Shown: positions 10,036-20,726, counted from the first letter of the stretch. The stretch: DNA of 64,000 bases from Sedimentisphaerales bacterium (GCA_963666285.1 OY762711.1); one strand, 5' to 3'. The notes: generated by a model not told the origin, from the sequence alone. Made by a program: numbers and translations.

Positions 10036-12180
10036 TTACTGCAGATACGGCCATTCACAATTTGCATCTGCAGGATTATTACAGCGGAGCCAGTCAGCGG
10101 CAACAGCTGCAAAATCATAGATATCTATATAACAGTCAGCCACACCTTCCGGACCACTAATATCAGAAGCAATACCAAGCCCGTCAGCAATTACTTCCGT
10201 ACAAGATGGAATATCAACCACAATAATAACATCATCGGCATCCGTAGATACCGTATCATCTGCTGTCAGACGTAAAGTATAATTACCTTCCACGTTAGGG
10301 AAAGTCACCATAGGATCTTCAATAGTAGTGTCATCAAAAACAACATCTGTTAATTCAACACCAGCCGGCACACTTACGACAGACCAGACCAGAGACGCAG
10401 CATAAGGTACGCCATCATCTACAACCAGGGTGCCATCCATTGGTACCGGTAAACCTTTCAAATTAACTACCTGATCTTCTCCGGCTGAAACAACAACAGC
10501 ACGATCACCTTCTGCCGCAAGAGCTTCAACTTCAAGAGCAGTCATTGGATAGTTAAATACTTTGATATCATCAATCAGCCCCTTCCATGGACGGTCTGCG
10601 TCACCACGGTTAGCTATCTGTATGGTTGGATAATCGTCACCTTTAGCAAATAAGCTGCCTTGTGCAACAGCGGCAGTAGCCGCCAATTGGCCATCAACAT
10701 AAATATATGCTTCAGAAGCAACACCATCATAAATACCAACAACATGGTGCCATGACCCATCGAAAGGATTAATATCCCTGGCAAACAGGTCGAGTCCAAC
10801 ATCATGACATACCAGGTTAAATGCTGTATCATTTACACCTAATCTCCAGCCATCCAGACCATTACCAACTATCATTGGAGCATAAATAGAAGTATCAGCA
10901 TTATTAACCCATGCCGCAACTGTCATACCTGTTGACAAGTCGTTAAAGTTTGGATCGTTGGCATTGTAAGCATTTGGAACTTCCCAATATTTATCACCCG
11001 TTGCCAGATCTACAGCATCCGAGGAAACAGGAATCATATTACCCGGAACCAGATTTGGATCCAGCTCTCCTGGACGATAGTAAGTTCCATTGAAACCATT
11101 GCCGGTTACATCCGGAAGCAAATCACCTGAGATACCATCAAAATTCCAATGAGCTATCATTGAGTTATCTGCATCATCACGAACATAAACTGTTGTTCTG
11201 TCTGATGATGTTGTTTCGCCATCGGTTACTGTAATTTCCAGAACATAAGTACCTTTAGCAAAAAATGTAACATCTGTATTTACACTTGCAACGTCTGCAA
11301 ACTGTACATTTGAAGGACCACTTATCGCTGCCCAGGTTACATTCAGTTCACTGTCAGGGTCATAAGCTGTTGCAGAAAGACTGACAGGCTCACCAACATT
11401 TGCTATTAAATCATTTCCACCACTAACAAACGGAGGACGATTAAATGTCGCACCTGACATCATATAAACTGCATTCAAAAACAGGGTTGTACCTGCATCT
11501 GTAAAGTTGTAGGCTCCGCGATTGCTGTCTCTAACATCTCCGGAAGCAAGAGCCATACGAGGGCCGGCGGCATAAACATCAACACCGGTAAAGAATTCCT
11601 GCCCGGTTTCCCAATATGCAATCCAGACATAAGGTTCGTTATCAAAATTGCGATGGGCGATCAGCTTACCGTTTCCAACACTTGAAGTTGGCAGTATTGT
11701 AGTATCATTTGCAGCCAATTGTACAACATTATCCTCACTAAGAGTAACACCATTGAAAAGTTTATCATACATTGGATCATCAGTAGACAATGTCACCTTT
11801 GTTGACGCACTTGTAGTAAATGTCGAAGTTGAATCTAACCAATGCCAGCGATTATCCCGCCAAAGCCAGGCGGTAAGATTTATCATTGGACTGGTAATAC
11901 TATTCCAAAGAGCAACTTCATTCGGACTGCTTGCGTAATCGCCACTGCCTGTATCACGACCGATAATAACCAGGTCATATGTATTGGCCAGGTCAACCTT
12001 TTCCAGGGTTAAATCAACTGCCTGATCAAGCCTGTCGACAACATAGCCTTCAGCCTCAAGCACATCAATATACCCCTGATCAAAAGCAGTTCCACTAGAA
12101 ACCCAAAGAATACTCTCAGCCCTCACTGTACCTGCAATGCAGAATAACATTGCCATCAATAAAAAAAGAATTCGCTTCAT
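10036..12180 (-). CDS. Secreted LamG/PKD-like protein with dockerin-like C-terminus
   Basis: Signal peptide, two PKD/Ig-like units (GTYVLEITVTDG, GNYTLRLTADD), a LamG domain (WHHVVGIYDG, GLIDDIKVFN) and C-terminal DISGPEGVADCYIDIYDFAAVAADWL. Confidence 0.75.
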   Translation of the reverse strand: MKRILFLLMAMLFCIAGTVRAESILWVSSGTAFDQGYIDVLEAEGYVVDRLDQAVDLTLEKVDLANTYDLVIIGRDTGSGDYASSPNEVALWNSITSPMINLTAWLWRDNRWHWLDSTSTFTTSASTKVTLSTDDPMYDKLFNGVTLSEDNVVQLAANDTTILPTSSVGNGKLIAHRNFDNEPYVWIAYWETGQEFFTGVDVYAAGPRMALASGDVRDSNRGAYNFTDAGTTLFLNAVYMMSGATFNRPPFVSGGNDLIANVGEPVSLSATAYDPDSELNVTWAAISGPSNVQFADVASVNTDVTFFAKGTYVLEITVTDGETTSSDRTTVYVRDDADNSMIAHWNFDGISGDLLPDVTGNGFNGTYYRPGELDPNLVPGNMIPVSSDAVDLATGDKYWEVPNAYNANDPNFNDLSTGMTVAAWVNNADTSIYAPMIVGNGLDGWRLGVNDTAFNLVCHDVGLDLFARDINPFDGSWHHVVGIYDGVASEAYIYVDGQLAATAAVAQGSLFAKGDDYPTIQIANRGDADRPWKGLIDDIKVFNYPMTALEVEALAAEGDRAVVVSAGEDQVVNLKGLPVPMDGTLVVDDGVPYAASLVWSVVSVPAGVELTDVVFDDTTIEDPMVTFPNVEGNYTLRLTADDTVSTDADDVIIVVDIPSCTEVIADGLGIASDISGPEGVADCYIDIYDFAAVAADWLRCNNPADANCEWPYLQ

Positions 12181-12306
12181 CTCACTAAGCCTTTCTCAAA
12201 AAAAAGTTAATAATACCTCTGGTTAAAATACGGAAACATTCCTTTGCTTAACATATGATAATGCAGTATGCAAAAAATAAGACTTATCGCATAAACACAA
12301 ACAATG

Positions 12307-12346
12307 ATTTCATTAGTGATATGCGACTAAAAGTGAGAGTGTGCCA
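12307..12346 (-). promoter_or_regulatory. Putative ECF-sigma promoter, copy 1 (upstream of the LamG gene)
   Basis: Minus strand reads TGGCACA-N15-GCATAT-CAC-TAATGAAAT. The same motif and spacing recur at 14942-14981. Confidence 0.65.
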
Positions 12347-12480
12347 CAATTATTATATTTTTACCACAATGTGAATATTAGACAACCAAAGTTCAGATAC
12401 AGTCAACTCCTGCACTTCATTTTATTCTCAGTTAACCACAACACTGTGCAGAACAATCGGCAACGTCCAATAACCATAAT

Positions 12481-14220
12481 TCAATAGTTGATACTATCTG
12501 CCTCTAAAGTAATAACAGGATCGACCAAATGCAGAAAATCATTTCCAACTGCCGGAAACTCATAATTTTCCGGCAATGACTCAATACCATCTGTCACGAT
12601 AAATGTCAGAAACCGGTCCCGGCCTGACAAATCTATATCAATATTAATAGTCCCGGTATCAACCTTAAGTGATTTAACCTGATATCGAACCTCTCCGTCA
12701 ACCAAGACCCAAAAATCAACACATGGTATCTGTTCAACATTATTTTTTGCTTCCGTAATTCCGCCATAAGCCTTAAAGCGGCCAAGCTTCATGCCGTGAA
12801 CAGAATTACGAATTGCTTCAAGATCGAAAGTTATTCCTCCATTGCTGTGAAGCACCATGATATTATTATCATTATACTCGACACCATTTTGAACAAAATC
12901 AGGAATAGTCTCGTGCCAATTGCCAATATCACCACGGTAAGCTACCGTTTCATGTGTATATATGCCACTTGTCTTCGGGCATAAAAAACGATAACCATCA
13001 GATGATATTTTCACATTACCACCTTCCTTATCAGGTACAAACACTCCATCTATATATCTCGAAAATGGTACAGAATGATACTCAGAATCCGAAGCTCTGC
13101 CATCCTGTTTAACTTTTGTGATATATGAACCTGTCTTATAATCAATGCCGCCAAACTCTTTAACATTACCAAAACCATCTCCACCGCTAATATAATCTGT
13201 AAGTTTCAAACTTTCACCTCTCCAGACTAAATTAGATCTTGAATCTATCCTTCTCACAAATTTTTGTGAATCGTAAGCAAGTTCACCTATTTCACCTTCT
13301 ACACCTGTTACTTTTCTTGCTGATCCTTCTTCCAAAGTTACAGCACTTAGCGATTCTTTGCTACCGGAACCTAACGCAACTTTCCCCTTAAGGACATACA
13401 GTTCGGAAACTTTGTTTGAATATGATTCAACACCAAACTCAGTGCCAAGGTCAACAATTGTAGAATTAGGCGTTTTAACCGTAAAACCTATCGCAGCTTT
13501 TGGAACATTCGCATAAATCCTGCCATGCTTCATCTCCAGCCTGCAATCATTTTTCACTATAAACTCTGTTGGTGCTTCAATTGTTACAAAGGTATTATTG
13601 TCAAATAATATTTCAGCAAATCCTTTGTTTAACCGGAACACATGGTTTTCACCAACAACGAACCGATATCCTCTTTCTAAATCTATATTTTCCCATTGTG
13701 CATCTAAAGTTGAAACAAGTGTAGCGGTTTCATACCCCGGCTTTGGTGAAAAGATTATCAAACTGAACACAATAACCACAGCCGCTGCCAAAGCATAGTA
13801 ATATAATTTAGACTGCTTTTTGATTTCCTGTTTTGATTGAGTTTCTTTGATCGTATCATTGGGTTCTGGCTGAAATTGCTTTGGCAATTCAACTTCTGGA
13901 ACAGTGCTTTCTCCCCTTGCCAGTTTCAACAAAACATTTATATCAAGTTCTTCATTGTTTTCATCTTTTTGGAAATTTGCAATATCAGCATGATCAAATT
14001 TAATATCATTTTCCTGGCTGCCAAACAAAATACCTGAATTATTATAGTCACTAAAAGCAGTGTATATAGTAAGCATTTTTAGAAAACACTCTCTAGCTTT
14101 TGAATTACATTTAAGCTGAGCTTCTAAATATTCAAACTGGTCATCAGAAACCTTGCCATCAAAAGTCAGCACGATCAACTGTACCATCTCATCTAAATAA
14201 TTGTTATGTTTATCTGTCAT
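12481..14220 (-). CDS. FecR-like anti-sigma factor with C-terminal NPCBM-like domain
   Basis: Single TM (YYYALAAAVVIVFSLIIF), FecR motif FTVKTPNSTIVDLGTEFGV, and C-terminal VDFWVLVDGEVR...LTFIVTDG. Directly follows an ECF sigma gene. Confidence 0.8.
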   Translation of the reverse strand: MTDKHNNYLDEMVQLIVLTFDGKVSDDQFEYLEAQLKCNSKARECFLKMLTIYTAFSDYNNSGILFGSQENDIKFDHADIANFQKDENNEELDINVLLKLARGESTVPEVELPKQFQPEPNDTIKETQSKQEIKKQSKLYYYALAAAVVIVFSLIIFSPKPGYETATLVSTLDAQWENIDLERGYRFVVGENHVFRLNKGFAEILFDNNTFVTIEAPTEFIVKNDCRLEMKHGRIYANVPKAAIGFTVKTPNSTIVDLGTEFGVESYSNKVSELYVLKGKVALGSGSKESLSAVTLEEGSARKVTGVEGEIGELAYDSQKFVRRIDSRSNLVWRGESLKLTDYISGGDGFGNVKEFGGIDYKTGSYITKVKQDGRASDSEYHSVPFSRYIDGVFVPDKEGGNVKISSDGYRFLCPKTSGIYTHETVAYRGDIGNWHETIPDFVQNGVEYNDNNIMVLHSNGGITFDLEAIRNSVHGMKLGRFKAYGGITEAKNNVEQIPCVDFWVLVDGEVRYQVKSLKVDTGTINIDIDLSGRDRFLTFIVTDGIESLPENYEFPAVGNDFLHLVDPVITLEADSINY

Positions 14221-14229
14221 TACTCACCA

Positions 14230-14769
14230 TTAAATTTCCATCCCCATACATTGAAGCAAAGTTGAATGTATTTTTGCAATATTCCTGTAAAAGGTTCTCA
14301 GAGACATACCGAATCTTGTTGCAATCTTTTGAGCTGTTAAACTATCTTCATACTTAAGCTTAAGTAAATTTGAATCTTTTAAAGGAAGCTTTTTAATACA
14401 TTCTCTTAAAGTCTCAAGTTGAGAATCATATTGCTGCATTTGGCTACCGGCTTGATCATTTATTGCTTCTAATGTCTCATGTGAAAATTGAATAGGATTA
14501 TTCTTGTGTTTTCTTCTAAAACCGGAAATAACATATTTGGTAACAGTAAAAGCCCATGCTAAAAACTCGGTGCCGGGTTCATAAGTATCAAATTTCTGCC
14601 AGAGAATGGAAATAGCCTCCTGCATAATATCGTCAGCATCAGATTTATTAGGCCATCTACTCAAGATATATGCATAAATTCGCCCCTGAACAGGAGTTAA
14701 TAAATAAAGAAAATATTCAGGCCCTTTTTTGTCCTGAAACTTATCTTTATCTTGGCTGTTATCAAACAA
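14230..14769 (-). CDS. ECF RNA polymerase sigma-70 factor
   Basis: ADDIMQE...LWQKFDTYEPGTEFLAWAF (region 2) and LRECIKKLP...KIATRFGMS (region 4). TTG start with AAGGA RBS. Confidence 0.9.
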   Translation of the reverse strand: MFDNSQDKDKFQDKKGPEYFLYLLTPVQGRIYAYILSRWPNKSDADDIMQEAISILWQKFDTYEPGTEFLAWAFTVTKYVISGFRRKHKNNPIQFSHETLEAINDQAGSQMQQYDSQLETLRECIKKLPLKDSNLLKLKYEDSLTAQKIATRFGMSLRTFYRNIAKIHSTLLQCMGMEI

Positions 14770-14941
14770 AACTAATCCTTTACGAATCGGAAGAAGTTAT
14801 AATATATTATATATTGCATAAAATGATTCGAATTTAGCAGATAAGCAAAAAATATTACTGCAATAATCAAATACATCTACTCCGCACCATGAAATTTCAG
14901 GACGGCAATGCGATGCACTTAAGCTTTCGTATCATTCTGGC

Positions 14942-14981
14942 ATTTCATTATTTATATGCTTGATCAATGCAAAATGTGCCA
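14942..14981 (-). promoter_or_regulatory. Putative ECF-sigma promoter, copy 2 (upstream of the sigma gene; autoregulatory candidate)
   Basis: Minus strand reads TGGCACA-N15-GCATAT-AAA-TAATGAAAT. Confidence 0.65.
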
Positions 14982-15113
14982 ATAAAAAAATAATGAATAA
15001 ATTCCCCAATAGAACGCTCTACAGCAACTAAAATATAAATAATTGCAAAAAAAAGACTTACCACCATTACCCTTAAGCCGCAAATACAATTATTTCATTA
15101 TCTATAATAAAAA

Positions 15114-18100
15114 TTATTTTATACTTAGCCACCCTTGAGCAAATTCAGTAAGATCATTAAAATCTATACCACCGCTGCGGTCGATATCGGCCCCATCACA
15201 CCTGAACCAGCTGGCTGAACAATCCGAATTAAGCCAGTTCGCAGCAAGATAACTCATATCTGCAATATCTACCTTGCAATCGCCATCAAAATCGACATTT
15301 GATCCACTGGTTGTAAATGACCAGACAGGTCCGGAGATATAATCACCACAATCATTACTGACATCTACTTTCCAGTAATATTGCATATCAGTCTCAAGAA
15401 CTCCAGGATCAAATATCTTAAACCTGTACCCTTCTGCGGCCAGGTTTACAGGTGGATTAACTGTATCCAGGTAGATATCATAGCTCAAATCAGAAATACC
15501 AAGCCTGACAGCATTGGCAATCAGCCTGGCATAATTATCATCATATGAATAAAAATCCCAACCCAGCAATATTGCCATACCGTGTCCCATATAGTTGGAA
15601 ACAGCAACAGGTTTGCCCTGATAACTAATCAGTATCTCATTTTCTGTTGAATCATAAGCTACAGTACCAATACTACTTACAAAGGATTGATCCATATTTT
15701 CTGTCAATAAATTATCCGAAGCCTTCTCAATTTCCATGCCACCAATAATTGCAGGCTGGTCGGCCAGAACCTGCATCATCCCAGCTGAGTTCATTAACTC
15801 ATAAGCACCCCAGAAATAATCACATGCGATTACTATTCCACCTCGCTCGACAAATTCATTAAGTATTTCTGACCAGCTTTCGCCAAGTGCAGAAGCTACA
15901 GAAACAATTGTATTTTGCTGCTCAGGTATAATGAATACCTGATTGGATTCTAATAACTGCCCAAGTAAGATCGGATCTTCCTCATCTGTCAGTGTTACGG
16001 AAAAATCTGTAAAATACTGTGCAACAGCATTTAATGTATTTTCAACCTCACCTCCAACAGTATTGTTGGCATACTTAACAAACATAAGTACGTTAACAGT
16101 AGCGTCCGGAATATCGATAAATGCCTTTGTTGGTAATGCACTAACAGTTGGTATGCCCTTCTCAGATTCGCAGGTAAGTTTTTTATCCAGAATACTTTGC
16201 TGCAACTCAACAGAACGAGTTTCACTATATGCCAGCGAAGATTTCGTTTCAACAACCGGAACATCCCACATCAGCGGCAGGTTAACCGGGCGGCACACGC
16301 TCTGATCTTCCGGCATAACCGGCTCAGGCTCCAGAATTTCTTCACAACTATGGATAAGAATATCAACTGTTGCTGTATTGGAGACCGTCATCATGTCAGA
16401 GGTGGAATTATAGCAATACCACTGGAATTGATCTGAAGATAGAGCATCTCGATCAGCAGAATACAGTAAGATATTGTCATTACCCAAACCATAAGGAACT
16501 GTATCTATCAAAGTCTGTCCAACATATAAATCACCATATTCAGGTAAAGATGAAATAATGTATTCATCTGCAAATTCAGCTTCCAGCAACACTGCCGCAG
16601 ACTGGCCGGCCCACACATCAATTGTGCTGTCAAGTGCGATCGGATTATTCGCTATACAAGATGAACTGCTGCTAAAGTCAGTTTCAACAAAGGATGATGG
16701 TATGCCCTGACCTTCAGAGAAACCGACACCAACCAACTCAGAATTGCCATCAACATCCAGCCAGTGAATTTTTATTACACCGTTAAAAAACAGTTCCGTT
16801 TGAAAAGTGTAATCGTTATTATCCCAGTCCCATACTTGATTAAAAGTAATAACAACCCTGTCATCCAACTGGTTGTAATAAACTTCGCCACCAAAATCCG
16901 GGTTAAGGTCAGCGTAGAACATGGAAATCCTGGGAACTGCGAAATGTTCAGAATAAGAAAAGGCCGGAACAGTACTACCACTTCCAAAAGTAATGTTACC
17001 ATTAGCACTTACATAAAAATATGAATAACCAGTTCCATAGTGTAATACCTGTTTACTATCACTAAGAACAATTTCCTGATAAATATCATCATTATTACCA
17101 GAGTAATTTAATATCCTGGTTCCCGCATTGGGGTCATTTGGCAGATCAGTCAGAGAATCAATACAAACGGAATAGCCTCCTTCAGAATCATCCGGAGTAA
17201 AAGTAGCACTCAAACCTGAAAGATCTGATTCACCTGCTAAAAACGATTCGGTAATATAATCTACGGGAGGGAGAACCTCTATTGTAATAGAAGCAATATT
17301 AGAGCTACTATCACCATCGTTAGCATACCAATTGAAATAATCAATACCTTCAACGTAATCATCTATTTGATAAGTTAAGATGTTATTAAAACCTAACGAA
17401 TATGGTACAGTAGTAATTTCTACTTCACCATCGTAGAGTTTACCAATAACCGGCAATTCTGTGATAACATATTCCAGCTCCTGCGGAGTACCATCATCAT
17501 AAGCACTTAGAATAATACTTTGTGACATTACCTGGTTAACAGTTAAATAGATATCAAGAGCAATAGGAGCAATTGGACCTACCTGCTGACATTGCTGATA
17601 TCTATTCAAGTTACTTTCCAGAAATACTTCAGGAATTACACCATTGGACAGTCCAACCAGCCCATCACCAGCTTCTATATTTATCCAGGTTATCTTTATA
17701 ACCCCACTAAAAAACAGCAGCAGCTGAAAACTGTTTACATTGCCAGTCTGGCTACCACTGCTATTTAATTCACCGATATCTTCATATGTTACTACCAGCT
17801 TTTCATCATCAATTAAATAGCTGATTCTAGTAACACCTGATATTGGACAGAGATCATCAAAAAATGCCGAAATTCTTGGCATATTAAAATGTGAGGAAAC
17901 AGATTCAGTAAACTCGGTATCAGCAACAAATGTCAGGTAACCATTTGATCCTACATAAATTGCATTATACAGCTGCCCAAAAAACGGGAAATTATGATCA
18001 TTCAACAATATCTCACGGGCATCATCGTCATTAAGAGATATCTCAGTAGAACCGGATGGATCAACTTCAAAATCAACTGTATCCCGGACACAGGCCAGAT

Positions 18101-19793
18101 AAAAACTGTTAGCATTACCGGGGGTAAATACAATAGTTTTACCGTTAAGGTCAAAGCTGTTATCTCCAATGCCGGTAAAGGTTTCAGTTAAATAATCAGT
18201 ATATCCAAGGGCCATCAGAATTGTGATATGTCTTACAAGATTGTTACTATCTATAATTTCAATATTTGCAGTATATATACCATCACTCATCGAAGCTGTT
18301 GTTTCAGGATTTATACTGACAGTAATATCCTCAGAATCCCCGGCAACCAAAGTTCCTGATACCGGACTGACAGAAAGCCATGAAACCGGGACAGAGGCCT
18401 GCCAGGAAAGCTCCTCTGTTGTTTCGTTCGCAAAGACATATTCAACATTAGATTGCGAAAATGGGCCACCGGCCTGACCAAAGAAGATATAATCATCTAC
18501 CGGGCTAATATCCAGCCCAACCGGAGACTCCTGAATGATTTTTTCACAGAATGTGTACAGATCATAATAATTCCAGTACGAGCCATATCTTAAAGACGAA
18601 CTCCGGCAGCCGCTTATCCAGCTGTCAGATGCAATGGTTTCATAATAAGCAAGAAAATCTTCCCAACTTGTAGCATCTAAAAACTGCATATTGCTAGAGT
18701 TATAATCAGTTTCCGGACCACCGGAAGGGAAATTAACAGATAAACCATGCGCTCCCTGATAGGAAGCACCATGCATTTCTGCAATAGTAATATTACTCAA
18801 AGCCGTTTCGACATTTGAAGCATCCAGCAGGCATAATTCCGGATTGCTCATACCATTAGCAATAAGACTGTCAGAAAAATCATTTACCGCGGTTAATAGC
18901 GTATCAACGCCTGAAAGATCAAAAGCAGCCAAAGTTTCACCAGTTAAATATGACTGATAATAACGGTTTACAATCACAGAACCTAATTCAGGTGTGGTGA
19001 TAAAGGGATTAGTTTGTAAATCTTCGAAGATAGTGTCATAGGGCCAACCATCAGCGGGTATTTCAGCTGGAGAACCGATAAAGTAATCAACCACATCTTT
19101 GTATTCAGAAATCACTTCAACCATAGCCATGAGACACGCATCCATGCCTAAGACATCGATATTTATAAGTTCTTCTGTTTTAAGCTCTTCCAGAACTACC
19201 CTGATCTCTGCCAGAGATAATTCATCCTGACTGGTAGAATCTAGACAAATAGCTTTGGCAGGGTCTTCCTCAATCTTGGGTAAACCCAGCCCTCGCGATA
19301 AACTGTAGGCTGCAGCCTGACTTACATAGTAATCGGCCCAGCCGTTACCATGGTTCCATAGAACAAGAGCGGTTCTGGTTGACGGGAAACTGGCAGCACC
19401 CCAGGAGATAAAATCTTTCAGATTTTGCGGGTCGCCCATATTTATTTCGCCGAGATCCTCACCCCATGAGCTGCCGGGGGTATCGCCGAATTGCACATAC
19501 CCCCTGCGGGTAGTAGTCCAATTGTCATATGAGTAGCTGTAACTACCTATCCTATCAAGCATTACCACAATATTTATATTGGTATCACTGCCAATAGAAG
19601 ACATTTCGATAAAATCCAAGAGTGCATATTCTTCAAGGTCATTGTCGCCATCGACATAGATAAGGAAAGTCCATTCTTTCAAAGGTGCCGGGTTGGTTGG
19701 TGAATATTGCGCATATATATGCCCAGATATGCAGAGCAACAATATCATCACCCAGAAAGTATTGTTAATAAGAGATTTACAGGCTGTTCTCAT
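15114..19793 (-). CDS. Secreted clostripain-family (C11) cysteine peptidase, multidomain, with dockerin-like C-terminus
   Basis: WTFLIYVDGDNDLE, LVLWNHGNGW (His) and MDACLM (Cys). A BACON-like unit, two NIDO-like repeats, and two C-terminal DxDxD-type loops. Confidence 0.85.
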   Translation of the reverse strand: MRTACKSLINNTFWVMILLLCISGHIYAQYSPTNPAPLKEWTFLIYVDGDNDLEEYALLDFIEMSSIGSDTNINIVVMLDRIGSYSYSYDNWTTTRRGYVQFGDTPGSSWGEDLGEINMGDPQNLKDFISWGAASFPSTRTALVLWNHGNGWADYYVSQAAAYSLSRGLGLPKIEEDPAKAICLDSTSQDELSLAEIRVVLEELKTEELINIDVLGMDACLMAMVEVISEYKDVVDYFIGSPAEIPADGWPYDTIFEDLQTNPFITTPELGSVIVNRYYQSYLTGETLAAFDLSGVDTLLTAVNDFSDSLIANGMSNPELCLLDASNVETALSNITIAEMHGASYQGAHGLSVNFPSGGPETDYNSSNMQFLDATSWEDFLAYYETIASDSWISGCRSSSLRYGSYWNYYDLYTFCEKIIQESPVGLDISPVDDYIFFGQAGGPFSQSNVEYVFANETTEELSWQASVPVSWLSVSPVSGTLVAGDSEDITVSINPETTASMSDGIYTANIEIIDSNNLVRHITILMALGYTDYLTETFTGIGDNSFDLNGKTIVFTPGNANSFYLACVRDTVDFEVDPSGSTEISLNDDDAREILLNDHNFPFFGQLYNAIYVGSNGYLTFVADTEFTESVSSHFNMPRISAFFDDLCPISGVTRISYLIDDEKLVVTYEDIGELNSSGSQTGNVNSFQLLLFFSGVIKITWINIEAGDGLVGLSNGVIPEVFLESNLNRYQQCQQVGPIAPIALDIYLTVNQVMSQSIILSAYDDGTPQELEYVITELPVIGKLYDGEVEITTVPYSLGFNNILTYQIDDYVEGIDYFNWYANDGDSSSNIASITIEVLPPVDYITESFLAGESDLSGLSATFTPDDSEGGYSVCIDSLTDLPNDPNAGTRILNYSGNNDDIYQEIVLSDSKQVLHYGTGYSYFYVSANGNITFGSGSTVPAFSYSEHFAVPRISMFYADLNPDFGGEVYYNQLDDRVVITFNQVWDWDNNDYTFQTELFFNGVIKIHWLDVDGNSELVGVGFSEGQGIPSSFVETDFSSSSSCIANNPIALDSTIDVWAGQSAAVLLEAEFADEYIISSLPEYGDLYVGQTLIDTVPYGLGNDNILLYSADRDALSSDQFQWYCYNSTSDMMTVSNTATVDILIHSCEEILEPEPVMPEDQSVCRPVNLPLMWDVPVVETKSSLAYSETRSVELQQSILDKKLTCESEKGIPTVSALPTKAFIDIPDATVNVLMFVKYANNTVGGEVENTLNAVAQYFTDFSVTLTDEEDPILLGQLLESNQVFIIPEQQNTIVSVASALGESWSEILNEFVERGGIVIACDYFWGAYELMNSAGMMQVLADQPAIIGGMEIEKASDNLLTENMDQSFVSSIGTVAYDSTENEILISYQGKPVAVSNYMGHGMAILLGWDFYSYDDNYARLIANAVRLGISDLSYDIYLDTVNPPVNLAAEGYRFKIFDPGVLETDMQYYWKVDVSNDCGDYISGPVWSFTTSGSNVDFDGDCKVDIADMSYLAANWLNSDCSASWFRCDGADIDRSGGIDFNDLTEFAQGWLSIK

Positions 19794-20159
19794 AATTATC
19801 CGCCACGAGCGAGTAAAAATCTGCGCTCGTATCTTTGCTATATTGATTTTACAGTAATTGCCGGCAACAAGTCAACAATAGTTATGCACACTTAAATCCT
19901 GGTCACAAAGTAACCAATTACTGCCTTAATTATTTAATTACATATACTTATAATTTTATTACATAATATAAGCGTAAAGTTAACAGGCTTAGTTTTTATC
20001 GGGTAAACTATTGGTGCATTTTAGCTTACAACATATATCTACAGCGATATTATAGTCCGGCGAAATAAATTGTATTAGTTATAACGATTATAACTCTATT
20101 GATGAAAGAGCGTTGCAAACCATACAATCGTAACAATCAAATTTATTTTGATAATTTAT

Positions 20160-20202
20160 TTGCAAGTTCGACAAATGTCGTATATATTCTAAACATGTAG
20201 AA
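20160..20202 (+). promoter_or_regulatory. Sigma70-like promoter overlapped by two BlaI/MecI-type operator palindromes
   Basis: TTGCAA (20160-20165), N17, TATATT (20183-20188). Palindromes TTCGACAAATGTCGTA (20167-20182) and TTCTAAACATGTAGAA (20187-20202). Confidence 0.7.
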
Positions 20203-20327
20203 TGTGTGTTTGAGTGAAGAGTATAAATTGAATATTTAAGAGTTATGGGACCCGTCTGCAGCGGGACAATTTATAATTATAATATATTTATTTACAAATA
20301 CTTATAATCATTAAACGGAAAGATAAT

Positions 20328-20723
20328 ATGACAAAACCAACTGAAGAAAAACAAGGCAAATATGAGCTAACCGAGGCGGAATGGTCTATTATGCGGCATA
20401 TCTGGGATAACGGTGCCAGTACTGCGGGTATGGTGCAGGAGGCATTGGAAAAGAGTAAAGGCTGGGCGTACAGTACAGTAAAGACAACGATGGACCGTAT
20501 GGTAAAGAAAAATTTACTATTTACCGAGCGTATCCGCAACCTGCAATTGTTTAAGGCGTGTATCAGCCGGGAGCAGGCACAAAAAGGAGAGTTTCAAAAG
20601 ATGCTCTCACGAGCGTTTAACGGTGCTTTAACGCCAATGATGCAGTTTCTTCTGGAGAATGAAGAGATATCGAAGAACGAACTGGATGAGTTAAGGCAGA
20701 TGATAGAAGATAAGAAAAGTTAA
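20328..20723 (+). CDS. BlaI/MecI/CopY family transcriptional repressor
   Basis: LTEAEWSIMRHIW...WAYSTVKTTMDRMVKK...FNGALTPMMQFL...ELDELRQMI. Directly upstream of an M56 gene. Confidence 0.95.
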   Translation: MTKPTEEKQGKYELTEAEWSIMRHIWDNGASTAGMVQEALEKSKGWAYSTVKTTMDRMVKKNLLFTERIRNLQLFKACISREQAQKGEFQKMLSRAFNGALTPMMQFLLENEEISKNELDELRQMIEDKKS

Positions 20724-20726
20724 ATA

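Noticed and set aside
14968..14981. Sigma-54 promoter (TGGCAC...TTGC)
   Set aside because: GG-to-GC spacing is 8 nt rather than the required 10, and the second copy lacks TTGC.
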